Shown here one piece after another: positions 18,635 through 29,037 of a stretch of 64,000 nucleotides of DNA. The number at the start of each line of letters is the position of its first letter. Within the stretch, counting starts at the first letter, position 1. This DNA is from Candidatus Heimdallarchaeota archaeon (GTDB lineage Archaea > Asgardarchaeota > Heimdallarchaeia > Heimdallarchaeales > Heimdallarchaeaceae): the NCBI GenBank assembly GCA_021399395.1, contig JAAFKJ010000115.1:28273-92272 (forward strand), read 5' to 3'. The notes beneath the pieces were generated by a model. The model did no database searches and was not told the origin of the DNA. It saw only the letters and a list, made by a program, of their open reading frames with translations. The translations under genes were made by a program, and so were the position numbers.

Positions 18635-19471
18635 TTGATGGATATGGATGCTCCTGATGAAGGACTAGAACGAATTGGAAAAACGCAAGCGTCTAAGGAT
18701 TCAAGAGGAGAGCTAATTTTAACAGGAATCCGTTCTTTAGATCAGAAACTTGGTATGGAAATGGCAAAAAGAAGGGGAATACCCCAGGGATCCTTTATCC
18801 TTGTAAGTTATCCATCAGGAACAGTTATTCCAACTTTGTTCATTCAGAGAATTCTTCTCAATTGGGCTAAACAATCTCCTGATAATGTGATTTTTTATGT
18901 TCATAGCAGTCGACCCTATGATCATGTTCAAAATTCCTTCCAAGCATATAATTGGGATGTAAGTCCCTATGAGGGAAAGAATTGGTATTTTGAAAATATG
19001 TTCGATTTATCCAGCTCTGCAATGACTTCATCTTTAAAACTAGGTAAGATTGAAGTGAAGAGAAAAACCTATGTAAACAGAATTCTAGATCGAATGATTC
19101 ACGTAAAAGAATCTCAGAAAAAACAATGTTTCAGTGTTTTTGATGATTTACTATGGATGAAAGAAGATAGGTTAGATGAAGATTCAAGTGCTCTCATTAC
19201 TTTTATTAAAAGTGCAATTATGAAATTTACAAAAATTGGCGGTGTGCATTTCCTCCTCCTCCCTCAAGGTATTTTGGATCCTGTTGCGGAAAGAATCATC
19301 ATGAATGCAGCACAAGGTATATTCCATTTCACAAGGAATACTGTTGGGAGTAGAATCAAGGATACTTTTGCCATAACTAAATTGATGGGGATAGCCTTTG
19401 TTAGTGAGAATCTAGACATTACTCCTTCAGAAACAGAAGGTTTCAAAATAGAATCAACAGCAAAGATATAG
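18635..19471 (+). CDS. RecA/KaiC (RAD55)-fold protein lacking Walker A
   Basis: 'TGIRSLDQKL..GIPQGSFILV', C-terminal 'ITKLMG..GFKIES'; P-loop reads SYPSGTVIP. Confidence 0.7.
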   Translation: MMDMDAPDEGLERIGKTQASKDSRGELILTGIRSLDQKLGMEMAKRRGIPQGSFILVSYPSGTVIPTLFIQRILLNWAKQSPDNVIFYVHSSRPYDHVQNSFQAYNWDVSPYEGKNWYFENMFDLSSSAMTSSLKLGKIEVKRKTYVNRILDRMIHVKESQKKQCFSVFDDLLWMKEDRLDEDSSALITFIKSAIMKFTKIGGVHFLLLPQGILDPVAERIIMNAAQGIFHFTRNTVGSRIKDTFAITKLMGIAFVSENLDITPSETEGFKIESTAKI

Positions 19472-20266
19472 ATGATGGTAATGGAAGGTTATGAAGAAAA
19501 TAAAAACGAAGAAGAACCCGAACTAATGGACATTGCATCTGAAATTTCGAAACTTTCAGAAGAAGTTAGTGCGTTAAAGGATAATATCAAAACTCCAAAA
19601 AAACGCAGCAAAAGTGATAAATCATCTAAAGTTAAACAATCCCCTCAAATTGAGTTATCACCAGCTATTGGATATGTTAATGAATTGTTAGAAAACTCTT
19701 CTGAAGTCATTATCTCAGAGATGAAATCAGAATTCTTCAGATTATTCAATTTTCTTTCAAGTATGTTCTCTGTAACACCCTATCAATCCATGGGGAGAAC
19801 TATTCCTAGAAAGGAGGATTCCATGGAAGACTCAGCTGTTAAGCAAGTTGTATCAACTTCCGAATTCCAAAAGGAAAAAGAAATGATGCAATTACTACTT
19901 GAAGAACGTGAATCATTAGTATACGAATTGTCTGATCAAATAGTTGCAATTGAAGCTGAAAAGAAAGTGTTAGAAGATAAAATGCAAGAGATTGAGAAAG
20001 ATAAAGCTAAATGGAATACACAGAAGAATATCCTGGAAAGAATAGTAACCACTGATCCAAGATTTAACATAATTACACTTCTAAGAAGAATGGGTGTAAT
20101 TGCACCAATACAGCTCTCTTTTGTTCTTGGGGTTTCTTTGTCACAAACTAGACGCTATATCTCCGAACTAGAACAAATAAAAATATTACAGGTAAAAGAT
20201 GATGGTACAGTCTCTTTACATCCTGATTTTGATGAAGATTCTATGAATATTAAAATTCAAGAATGA
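19472..20266 (+). CDS. Coiled-coil protein with C-terminal winged HTH
   Basis: Heptad-rich segment, then 'QLSFVLGVSLSQTRRYISELEQIKIL'. Confidence 0.65.
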   Translation: MMVMEGYEENKNEEEPELMDIASEISKLSEEVSALKDNIKTPKKRSKSDKSSKVKQSPQIELSPAIGYVNELLENSSEVIISEMKSEFFRLFNFLSSMFSVTPYQSMGRTIPRKEDSMEDSAVKQVVSTSEFQKEKEMMQLLLEERESLVYELSDQIVAIEAEKKVLEDKMQEIEKDKAKWNTQKNILERIVTTDPRFNIITLLRRMGVIAPIQLSFVLGVSLSQTRRYISELEQIKILQVKDDGTVSLHPDFDEDSMNIKIQE

Positions 20267-20306
20267 TTTTTTTGAAAATAAAGTAAAAATAGAAGAGAAG
20301 TTTCGT

Positions 20307-20897
20307 CTATTGTTGAGCATAGAGTTTTTCATAGAAAAGAACGATATTCTTCAACAAAGTTTTGAATGCTTCATCAACGTTTTCTCCAGTTTTAGCTGAA
20401 GTTTCTATGTATGGAACAGTAAACCCTGACCATTGAGACAATGACCTAGCATATTCTTCTGATTGTTCTCTCATGATTGGATCTTTTGCTGTTGCTCGTA
20501 AGTCTGATTTATTCCCTATTAGGACTATTGGTACAACTCTATTGCTATTGTTTTTTAGAAGTTCTGCAATCCATGAAGGAATGTTCTCAAAACTTGAACG
20601 TCTAGATATGTCAAAAACCAACAAACATCCAGATGTACCTCTGTAGTAAACCTCTCTAACAGCTGAGAATCTTTGCTGTCCTGCTAAATCCCAGATTTGA
20701 GCAACAAAATCCTGATCGTCAATACGTAGGCGCTTAACTGCAAAATCTGCACCAATTGTCATTGAATATCCGTCTTTGAAACCCTCACCTAAATAGGTTT
20801 TGCGGAGGCTAGTTTTTCCAACTGCTCCGTCTCCGAGTAGAGTTATTTTGAAGATTTTACGTTGTCCGGCACCCATTATAAGTTCCCCATTATACAA
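20307..20897 (-). CDS. Rab-like small GTPase (no prenylation motif)
   Basis: G1 GDGAVGKT, 'TIGADF', 'IWDLAGQQRF', 'YYRG', NKSD, ETSAK. Confidence 0.95.
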   Translation of the reverse strand: MYNGELIMGAGQRKIFKITLLGDGAVGKTSLRKTYLGEGFKDGYSMTIGADFAVKRLRIDDQDFVAQIWDLAGQQRFSAVREVYYRGTSGCLLVFDISRRSSFENIPSWIAELLKNNSNRVVPIVLIGNKSDLRATAKDPIMREQSEEYARSLSQWSGFTVPYIETSAKTGENVDEAFKTLLKNIVLFYEKLYAQQ

Positions 20898-21102
20898 TTT
20901 ATTTATTCTCTCGGATACTATTTAAATTGTTTGTTATTTCTCGTTAAACTATGTTTTCACTTTTTCAAGCAATATTCTGTTTTCATCAGCTTTTGTTATC
21001 GATTATTCTTCAATTTTGACATCATCTACAAAAAACATTATAAAAAATCTTACATCTTCATATTTCACAAAATATAAAATTAGGATAACATTCTTATTTC
21101 TA

Positions 21103-21759
21103 ATGAATAAAGTTAATGAGGCGAAAGAAAGCGTTATTCTTGCCCTTTTAGAAGAAGCATACCCCGTATTCAAAGGAGGTTTAACCAACTTCTCCTCACC
21201 TTTTCAAATGCTTGTTGCTACAATTTTAAGTGCACAAAGTACAGATAAACAAGTAAATTCGATTACTGAAGAACTTTTTTCAATGTATCCAGATCAACAT
21301 TCTTTTGCAAAGGCAACTCTCGAAGAAATAGAGCATGCGATTTCAAAAGTGGGTCTATTTAGGAATAAAGCAAAATCGATTTCAGCAATGTCAAAGAAAA
21401 TAATCAGTGATTATGACTCAGAAATACCAAGAACTGTCGACGAACTAATAAAATTGCCAGGAGTAGGACGAAAAACAGCCAATGTTCTTCTTAATGACTG
21501 GTTCGAAATTCATGATGGAATTGCTGTTGATACTCATGTAAAGAGGATATCTTATCGTTTAGGTTTTACAGAATATACAAATCCTGATAAAATTGAATTT
21601 GATCTTATGAAGATTATTCCCCAAGAAAAATGGGGCCGGATTACACATCTCCTTATTTCTCATGGAAGAGTTATCTGCAAAGCTCCAACACCTAAATGTC
21701 AAGAATGTTTTTTGCTAGATTATTGTCCTAGAGTTGGGGTTGAGGACAGTAAGAACTAA
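21103..21759 (+). CDS. nth: Endonuclease III
   Basis: 'ILSAQSTD', HhH 'LPGVGRKTAN', 'VDTHV', C-terminal 4-Cys FeS motif; likely ATG at 21103. Confidence 0.95.
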   Translation: MNKVNEAKESVILALLEEAYPVFKGGLTNFSSPFQMLVATILSAQSTDKQVNSITEELFSMYPDQHSFAKATLEEIEHAISKVGLFRNKAKSISAMSKKIISDYDSEIPRTVDELIKLPGVGRKTANVLLNDWFEIHDGIAVDTHVKRISYRLGFTEYTNPDKIEFDLMKIIPQEKWGRITHLLISHGRVICKAPTPKCQECFLLDYCPRVGVEDSKN

Positions 21760-21879
21760 AAAAACTTCTTTGCCTTTTGTATATTCTTTTTAAGTCGATT
21801 TTCTTATCTCTTTACTGTAACAATACTTATGTAGTAAACAACTACCTCGTAAAATCAAGAAAAATAAAGGATGATTTAA

Positions 21880-24177
21880 ATGTCAAAAATTGATATTCTT
21901 CCACCATTGTTAACTCGAATTGGTTTTAGTGAAACTGATATTAAGGTTTATTCAGCAACCTTAGGGCTAGGCAAAGTTACAATTGGAGAATTGCTGGTTG
22001 TAACAGGAATTGACCCATTAACACTCATCCAATCAGTAAAAAATCTAGAGGAGCTAGGGTTTCTCAAGAAAATAGCGGGTAAAACTCCTCAGTATTTTGG
22101 AATGTTACCATTTCTTAAGGAATATATAGTAATTGAAAAAGACGCCCTTTATTCTATAGATGGTGTTATTACCGCTCTAAAATCTTCCAAGAAAGATTAT
22201 CAACAAAAGAAAACAAAATTTGGAGGAACTTTAGAATTAACAGGGGAAGGAACTGTTTTCGATATTCATGTTGTTAGCGGTTTAATAAAACAAGTAGTTG
22301 ATACCTTATATCAAAATTATGTTGAGTATAGTGATCAAGCTGCAACTACAGCTTCTGAATTTGTAGCTGAGAGCAGTGGAGAAATTGAAGGATACTTGTC
22401 TCGAGTTATGGATCAACCTTTTGTATTTTCTACACAACTTGAGACCTTTATTCAAGAATTGAATGCTTTTGTTAAACAGTTTCATCATTCAGCCAAGCAA
22501 AATAATGAAATTCTAATTCAAGCAACTGAAGAGAAAATAAACACAACTCATGATAATCTGTCTCAAATTATTTGTAATGGTTTAGATGCTCATACTGAGA
22601 ATCACAGTGAATTTCTAGAGAAATTGGCACCTGAACTGGATAATGTTCTCAAAGAATTAGTAGGTCAAATAACACAGACACAGGAATCATATGTTGACAA
22701 TTATAATAAAATTTGGCAAGAAGCTTATAATTCTTGGACAACAGAATCAAAGAAGGTTACTGACGAACTATCAAATGAAGTGAATTCTCTATTTTCTGAG
22801 CAGATAAAACAAACTCAAGAACTTAGACGTAGTGTTGAACAAATTGATAGGCAGACTAATTTCCTTTCTTCAAAAATTGCTGAAGCGATTAATGCTATTG
22901 ATACATCTGCGGTTCTAAAGCTAGGTAAGGCTCGAAAACAAATTGAATCACCCTTATCAGACGCTCGAGATACAATAAGAAATCTAGCTAACGATCTAAA
23001 TGAGAGCGGTCTACAATTAATTGATCAGTATGTTCTTTCACTTAATGACGTTAGAGATAATATACGTTCTAAATTAGATCATTTCCAAATTGCTGGAGAA
23101 ACTACAATAAGAACTAAGAAGAACGAACTCACTGGAGCTGCAATCGAGAAAATCGATCTTCTACCAAATGAATTGATTGATTCAATACAGAACCAGGTGG
23201 AGAAATACGCGGCCTCCTCATTTGATTCTTGTTTAGAAGTTACTGGACAACTTAAAGAAACTACAAAAGAGAGGCTCTCTTCAACAAAAGAACAAACTCT
23301 ACAAGATTTCAAATCTCATGATATTGAAAAAACTCAGATAATAGATAAAATTCAAAATGATACCATAAAGGAGCTTGAAAAATCTAAACAAGATGCAGAA
23401 AAAATGGCCCTTGAACTAAAGGAGAAGATTCAGGTTTCATTAGATCAGTTCAAACAGCGCACCACAGATAAGCAAAACGAAGTGGCAATGCAATTAACTG
23501 CTGCAAAACAGAACTTAAAGGATTATAAGGATGATCAAAAAGATCAGATAATTAAACAAGTAACAGAAGGAGAAGAGATACAAATAAACACTCTCGTTTC
23601 TCAAGTAGCATCTGTAATCAAAGATGTGGATGAAATTCTAGTATCACAACTAGATTCAATGATGGAAAAAGCTATGACTTTCTATCAAGTTATTAATACG
23701 AGAGAAGATGAACTCCGACAAGTAGATACAGCTGCCTCATCCTACTCATTAGAAGGACAACATAATACCTCTATTATCGTTGGTGAAGAAGCAATAAAAG
23801 CAAGTATAACTGATATCGCTATGCGGTCAAAATACGAACTTCTTCTTGTAACACCTGACGTAGATGAAGATCTTCTAAAAGAAATGATGCAATATACTAA
23901 GGCTCAAAGAATTACTTTGGTATCCTATTTTGATAAAAGGCACCAACCTTTACTTCGACCTTTAGCCGAAAGATTCACTGGTTTAAAACTTAAACATTAT
24001 GAGAAGAAGGATGTGTACTGTGGAATTTTAGATGGAAATCATGAAGCTATTTTTGCTTTCCTTACAACTGATTCAGTTCCAATTGCGATTAGGACAACTA
24101 ATGAATTGCTTTTAGGACTATTCAAATCTGCAATAAATAGAGATGTATTATTCCACTCAAGTGATGTAGAAGTTTAA
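21880..24177 (+). CDS. TrmB-like wHTH + long helical/coiled-coil region + PLD-like C-terminal domain
   Basis: 'GFSETDIKVYSATL...LEELGFL' N-term; ~500 aa helical middle; 'RSKYELLLVTP' C-term. Confidence 0.7.
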   Translation: MSKIDILPPLLTRIGFSETDIKVYSATLGLGKVTIGELLVVTGIDPLTLIQSVKNLEELGFLKKIAGKTPQYFGMLPFLKEYIVIEKDALYSIDGVITALKSSKKDYQQKKTKFGGTLELTGEGTVFDIHVVSGLIKQVVDTLYQNYVEYSDQAATTASEFVAESSGEIEGYLSRVMDQPFVFSTQLETFIQELNAFVKQFHHSAKQNNEILIQATEEKINTTHDNLSQIICNGLDAHTENHSEFLEKLAPELDNVLKELVGQITQTQESYVDNYNKIWQEAYNSWTTESKKVTDELSNEVNSLFSEQIKQTQELRRSVEQIDRQTNFLSSKIAEAINAIDTSAVLKLGKARKQIESPLSDARDTIRNLANDLNESGLQLIDQYVLSLNDVRDNIRSKLDHFQIAGETTIRTKKNELTGAAIEKIDLLPNELIDSIQNQVEKYAASSFDSCLEVTGQLKETTKERLSSTKEQTLQDFKSHDIEKTQIIDKIQNDTIKELEKSKQDAEKMALELKEKIQVSLDQFKQRTTDKQNEVAMQLTAAKQNLKDYKDDQKDQIIKQVTEGEEIQINTLVSQVASVIKDVDEILVSQLDSMMEKAMTFYQVINTREDELRQVDTAASSYSLEGQHNTSIIVGEEAIKASITDIAMRSKYELLLVTPDVDEDLLKEMMQYTKAQRITLVSYFDKRHQPLLRPLAERFTGLKLKHYEKKDVYCGILDGNHEAIFAFLTTDSVPIAIRTTNELLLGLFKSAINRDVLFHSSDVEV

Positions 24178-24225
24178 TTAAACTTCTTTTTTTATTTTTG
24201 CTAAAAATATGTTTTGTTGATATGT

Positions 24226-24471
24226 TCAGTCAACATAAAATTTACATGATCTCATGTCAAGCAAGTGAGGTAACTTCTGTATTAAACTAGCACGTACTAA
24301 GAGCTTTAGTCCATGACGTACTGTCCTTGGTGCTAAACTGCACAAATCTACAATTTCACTACTAGTGATTGGTCCTCTTCCAATAACTATCTTATAAATT
24401 GTTACTGCACTGGGTGGTAATCCAGTTAAATGATTTTGATTTATAATAGATTCTTCCAGAGTTACTGCCAT
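24226..24471 (-). CDS. Small winged-helix DNA-binding protein (Lrs14/MarR-like)
   Basis: 'LPPSAVTIY..GPITSSEI..LAPRTVRHGLKLL..DMR..Y'. Confidence 0.8.
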   Translation of the reverse strand: MAVTLEESIINQNHLTGLPPSAVTIYKIVIGRGPITSSEIVDLCSLAPRTVRHGLKLLVRASLIQKLPHLLDMRSCKFYVD

Positions 24472-24938
24472 CTAAGCCATTACCTTTTTTGGTTAACCAT
24501 CAATCAACAAGTTCTCTTTTTAAACTTATTTAAAATTGGTTTCCAGTGAGACCCTTGAAATGCTGAGTTTCAACCCTTTTTCTCACTTATTTGAGTTCAC
24601 AAGACAAATATACAAAAAAAGTAGTTTCTGTGGTGAAGAGTTTATTTAATTGCACTTCACTCTTTTAACTGCCAAATTCGACAGTTTAACGATTTTAAAT
24701 CTTTCTTATACAGTGCCGAAATTTTAGATTATTTTTCCTATGTTGAGCTCTCCTTGGTTGGAATTTAGTATATTTTTAAAAATAGATATAAGAATTCTTT
24801 AACTTTAAAGGTTATAGAATTGTTTTTTATTAGTGATTTCATCTACACAGATATGAGTAACTAAAAGGAAGAAGGCAGTAAAAATTCTGTTGTTTAGTTT
24901 TTTGCCAAAATAAGTTTAACATAAGAATTATACTTTAA

Positions 24939-25598
24939 TTATATGATAGTTTTTTTATACTTTGCTGCTAAGAGATGGGCCAATTGTTGAGGAATTGGTA
25001 ATTTATGTTTACTTGTAAGTAAACCCTTGGTGATATTATATGAAGATTCAAAGGAAATTTTATGACCAGGAGAAATATAGATTGGATTCCATTTCTTTTC
25101 AAATTTATATCTAAAACCAACTCGATTCTGATTTAAGTATACCTCATCCAAATTATCCTGATTAGTTTCTTTATAACTAAAAAATTTCATTGGCTTTTTT
25201 GCAACCCCAATTGATGGAATATTTGCTATGATTCCAAAGATTGAAGCAGACCCTGCAGTTCGTGGATGTGCTATTCCGTGTCCATCAATTATCATAATAT
25301 CAGGTATGTTGACTATTCTATCCAATAAAGTCAAAAAATGGGGGACCTCTCTTAGAAAGAGATAATTTGGAACATACGGAAATTCCACTCTATCACTAAT
25401 TACTTTTTCCTCAATAACTGATTTTGTAGAACAATCATAAATTACTCCTGCTGCAAATGCAGTATTTTCTTTATATGCTATATCAAAAGCTCCAACAATA
25501 CTGGACTTCAAAAAACTATCCGAGAGTATAATCTTTTTTGCAATACCCTCTTGGTATATCTTTGCTTCTACTATAGTTGTTGGGAATTTCGGAATCAA
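24939..25598 (-). CDS. nfi: Endonuclease V
   Basis: 'FDIAY', 'FPYVPNYLFLRE', 'DGHGIAHPR', 'GVAK', 'ISPGH'. Confidence 0.93.
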   Translation of the reverse strand: MIPKFPTTIVEAKIYQEGIAKKIILSDSFLKSSIVGAFDIAYKENTAFAAGVIYDCSTKSVIEEKVISDRVEFPYVPNYLFLREVPHFLTLLDRIVNIPDIMIIDGHGIAHPRTAGSASIFGIIANIPSIGVAKKPMKFFSYKETNQDNLDEVYLNQNRVGFRYKFEKKWNPIYISPGHKISFESSYNITKGLLTSKHKLPIPQQLAHLLAAKYKKTII

Positions 25599-25635
25599 CG
25601 ATTATACCTCTTACAATGAGTGTGTCCGATAACTT

Positions 25636-27255
25636 CTAGTCCTTACAATTTATTTGTTGTTTATATCTATTGTAAGCTGAAATTAATGTCTTTTTCTGAA
25701 TAGTATGAATAATATTGTCCCAGGGTAGTGAGTCTTCTGTTCTGTATTTCCAATTTGCCTCGTAATCTAGATCACTATCGGCTTGTTTTAGAGTTTTCTT
25801 CCAATTTCCAATAGTACTTCCTATTTCTGCTATCTCTCGGATAATTGGAAAATACTCATGCCCTCTAAGTGACATAATCCTCTGAATTATTGCCCATTCT
25901 GGACCATATAATGATAATTGAATATTTTTTATTTGATATAATTGACTTCGGTACCATTTTTGGATACTCTTTGATTCTTTTACCGTGAGCATCGAAGCAA
26001 ATTGGAAGGGAGTTTGTGCTTTCGTTATGAATTGATTCATAGAGATGCTGATTTTTCCTGTTGGAAAATGATTTTTTCTAATTTTTGAAACAAATTCAAT
26101 TGTTGACTCTTTAGTTTCTGAAGGTTCACAGGGAAAACCATAGATCATATAGAGTTTAAGTTTTCTAAACCCTGTTTCCCATGCTAGTTTTAGTGAAGAA
26201 AAAATTGATTCATCGGACATTCTCTTATTCAAGGCCATACGTAATCCTTCTTCTCCTGTTTCAGGAGCTAAAGCTATTGTTCTTTGCCTGCCTTTCCTCA
26301 AGGCTTTCAATACGCCTTCGGTTAGATAATCTGATCTTATGGAGGAACAAGAAACCTCGTAATTCTTAGAAACAATGTGTTCGATTAAATCTTCTAGATT
26401 ATCAGATTGAGCAATTGCACTTCCATATAGAACTACCTTGTCAAAATCATTTTCTTCACTTGCTCTGTCAACAATCTCAATTAGTGTATCTAAATCTCTT
26501 GCCGCCCTAGGGAAACGACAGTAACCTACATAACAAAACATACATCTCTCTGAACAACCCCTATCGGTTTCTAAATAGAAAGCCTTACCAAAAATTGGTT
26601 CGTTCTTAGTGCCCTTAACTCCTTCGGGTATTATTTGTTTGATTGGATAGAACCCTTTTGACAGATTCTTTAGTTTAACACTTCCCTTGCGTTCCCCTAT
26701 CCATTCACTCTTTGCATTATAATGATGATTATACGCAATCACACCAGGAATAGAAGCTAAAGCATCAATTCTATTACTTTTTGTTTGATTTTGAAAGGCA
26801 AGCATCATTTCTTCTGAAATAGGTTCTATGTCTCCGAGAAAAAACGCATCTCCCAAAAACAGTACTGAAAAGGGATTTGCAGTTACAGAAGGACCTCCAC
26901 AGATAAGAAGTGGATCTTCCTCCTTTCTTCTTCTAATATCTGGGTCAATACCTCCTCTAATAAGTAATTCAATTGCTTGAATGTAATCATGTTCAAATTG
27001 GCAAGATATAGCGATTATATCGAAATCAGCAAGACTTTTCTGATTTTCCAAGGAATAGGGAGCAACATTGGGATTTAAAGGTTTGAAAATACGTTCACAT
27101 ATGAAATTATCCCAACTATTGAAAAGGAAATAAAGCAGCTGCACACCTAAACTTGTCATAGCTACTCGGTAGGTATTTGGATATAACAATCCAATTTTTA
27201 CTTTTTCTGAAGTCCAAGTTTTTTTTATAGCATTCTGCTCTTTAATCTGTATCAT
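25636..27255 (-). CDS. Radical SAM protein (B12-binding-like N-domain, TIGR03960-like)
   Basis: 'YPNTY..MTSLG', 'RGCSERCMFC', 'APETG', 'KLYMIYG', 'TPFQ'. Confidence 0.85.
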   Translation of the reverse strand: MIQIKEQNAIKKTWTSEKVKIGLLYPNTYRVAMTSLGVQLLYFLFNSWDNFICERIFKPLNPNVAPYSLENQKSLADFDIIAISCQFEHDYIQAIELLIRGGIDPDIRRRKEEDPLLICGGPSVTANPFSVLFLGDAFFLGDIEPISEEMMLAFQNQTKSNRIDALASIPGVIAYNHHYNAKSEWIGERKGSVKLKNLSKGFYPIKQIIPEGVKGTKNEPIFGKAFYLETDRGCSERCMFCYVGYCRFPRAARDLDTLIEIVDRASEENDFDKVVLYGSAIAQSDNLEDLIEHIVSKNYEVSCSSIRSDYLTEGVLKALRKGRQRTIALAPETGEEGLRMALNKRMSDESIFSSLKLAWETGFRKLKLYMIYGFPCEPSETKESTIEFVSKIRKNHFPTGKISISMNQFITKAQTPFQFASMLTVKESKSIQKWYRSQLYQIKNIQLSLYGPEWAIIQRIMSLRGHEYFPIIREIAEIGSTIGNWKKTLKQADSDLDYEANWKYRTEDSLPWDNIIHTIQKKTLISAYNRYKQQINCKD

Positions 27256-28543
27256 TTCTCTTCCTTTTTAGAGTATACTTTTGTGTTCCAAAAAACATTG
27301 AATTTTCTGGTATGTTTTCATTTACTATAGTTCCTGCACCTATCCACGAACCTTTACCTATCTTAATTCCAGGCATTATCAAGACACCAATACCTGTTTC
27401 AACACCCTCTCCTATTATAGCTCCCAGTTTCCTCCTTCTACTATCTTCTCTCTTTCCTTTGATAGTTACAGGAATACTACCTTTGTCTAATCTGAGATTC
27501 GCTGTAATTGTACCAGCACCTAAATTACAATTATCATCTAATATGGAATCACCTATGTATGATAGATGAGCCGCATGAGTATTGTCCCCTAGAACAGAAT
27601 TTTTTACTTCACAACCATTACCAACTCTTGATTTTTTACCGAAGTAAGAGTATTTTCTTATGTAGCAATGTGGACCAATATCTGCGCCCTCATCAAAGAA
27701 AGCAGGACCCTCAACATATGTACCACTTCGTAAAATGGCATCTTTATGAAGTACAATCTTTCCTTTGAGTTGAACACCATCTTCAATAATCCCTTCTATT
27801 TTTTGTTCCATTTGAGACAATAGCACTTCAGTTGCTTCAAGAAGTGACCACGGACGACCAAGATCAAACCAATAATCGTTTTCTTCTAGCTTAATCAGCT
27901 GTTTTTTATGTTGGCCATTTCCTAAAAGAACATTTACGGCATCTGGAATTTCATATTCTCCCCTGGGGGAAATATTTTTATTTTCCTCCTGAGTATGAAG
28001 AACTTTGAATATCTCTTTGTTTAAAGAATAAATTCCTATATTTGCATATCCTTCAGATATTTCGTCCTTACTAGGTTTCTCAACTATTGTTTGGGGAATT
28101 CCTTCACTTTCTTCGACTACAATACCAAAATTCTCTGTGTCTGTAGTGAATTTTCCACCAACTGAGAGTATTCCTTTCTTAGCTGCATCTACTGATTTTC
28201 TAATCAGTGATTCTGAATAGAGACAATCACCATAAACCCCAAGGAAAAACTCATTTTGAATTTTAGATTCAGCTAAAAGAAAAGCATTTCCTGTACCTTT
28301 AATCTCTTTTTGATGAACATATGAAATATCTAAAGAAGGGAATTGCTCTGCTAAATATTCTTTGATATTCTCTTCAAGATAATTTGTTACAATAACAAAT
28401 GAATTAACGTTATTTCTGAGAAAACTATCAATTAGTCTTTTCAAAATAGGTATCCCTAAGATTTTTAGGAGTGGTTTTGGGGTATTACTTGTTAAAGGTT
28501 GTAACCTTGTCCCTTCGCCTGCAGCTAGTATGACTACCTTCAT
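27242..28543 (-). CDS. Bifunctional sugar-1-phosphate nucleotidylyltransferase/acetyltransferase (archaeal GlmU-like)
   Basis: 'LAAGEGTRLQPLT..PKPL', 'EKP', hexapeptide repeats, 'HLSYIGDS'. Confidence 0.92.
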   Translation of the reverse strand: MKVVILAAGEGTRLQPLTSNTPKPLLKILGIPILKRLIDSFLRNNVNSFVIVTNYLEENIKEYLAEQFPSLDISYVHQKEIKGTGNAFLLAESKIQNEFFLGVYGDCLYSESLIRKSVDAAKKGILSVGGKFTTDTENFGIVVEESEGIPQTIVEKPSKDEISEGYANIGIYSLNKEIFKVLHTQEENKNISPRGEYEIPDAVNVLLGNGQHKKQLIKLEENDYWFDLGRPWSLLEATEVLLSQMEQKIEGIIEDGVQLKGKIVLHKDAILRSGTYVEGPAFFDEGADIGPHCYIRKYSYFGKKSRVGNGCEVKNSVLGDNTHAAHLSYIGDSILDDNCNLGAGTITANLRLDKGSIPVTIKGKREDSRRRKLGAIIGEGVETGIGVLIMPGIKIGKGSWIGAGTIVNENIPENSMFFGTQKYTLKRKRNDTD

Positions 28544-28570
28544 TTGTTATTGACGCCCTTGTGAAGTGAT

Positions 28571-28912
28571 TTATACTTCAAAAACTTCTTCGTCACCTGA
28601 TTCTTCAACAACTGCTACTCTTGTTTTTCTTATTTCGTTTATACTATTGATTAAATCAAATGCTTTATCGTTATTGAAAATATCTTTGAATGCTTCCCAC
28701 TGTTCAAGTGATGTTATAAAGAGACCCTTACCTCTTCTTTTTAGGGGAATGCCTTGTTCGTTAACAGGGATAATTTCTAAACCAAAACTGTGGTCATCTC
28801 CCTTACTTGGCAATTTAACAATTGTAACTCCAACTACACTTGTTTTCTTCTTGTCCCAATCCTTCATTTCTTTACCAAATTCTTTCAATCGATCTACTAA
28901 ACCTGATGTCAT
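28571..28912 (-). CDS. Conserved archaeal-type hypothetical protein (possible PC4-like fold)
   Basis: 113 aa ORF; 'DW.KK.TSV.GV.IVKLP', 'KGLFI...QW'. Confidence 0.55.
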   Translation of the reverse strand: MTSGLVDRLKEFGKEMKDWDKKKTSVVGVTIVKLPSKGDDHSFGLEIIPVNEQGIPLKRRGKGLFITSLEQWEAFKDIFNNDKAFDLINSINEIRKTRVAVVEESGDEEVFEV

Positions 28913-29037
28913 AAGCTTTCACTGAAGATAAACAGATAATTTAATTTTTAAACCCTCCTCTCTTTGAGGTTCTAATACAAAGATTGCTCATCTAGCAAGG
29001 AATCCATTTAAAAAATCATTTACTTAAAGTAATTTGA

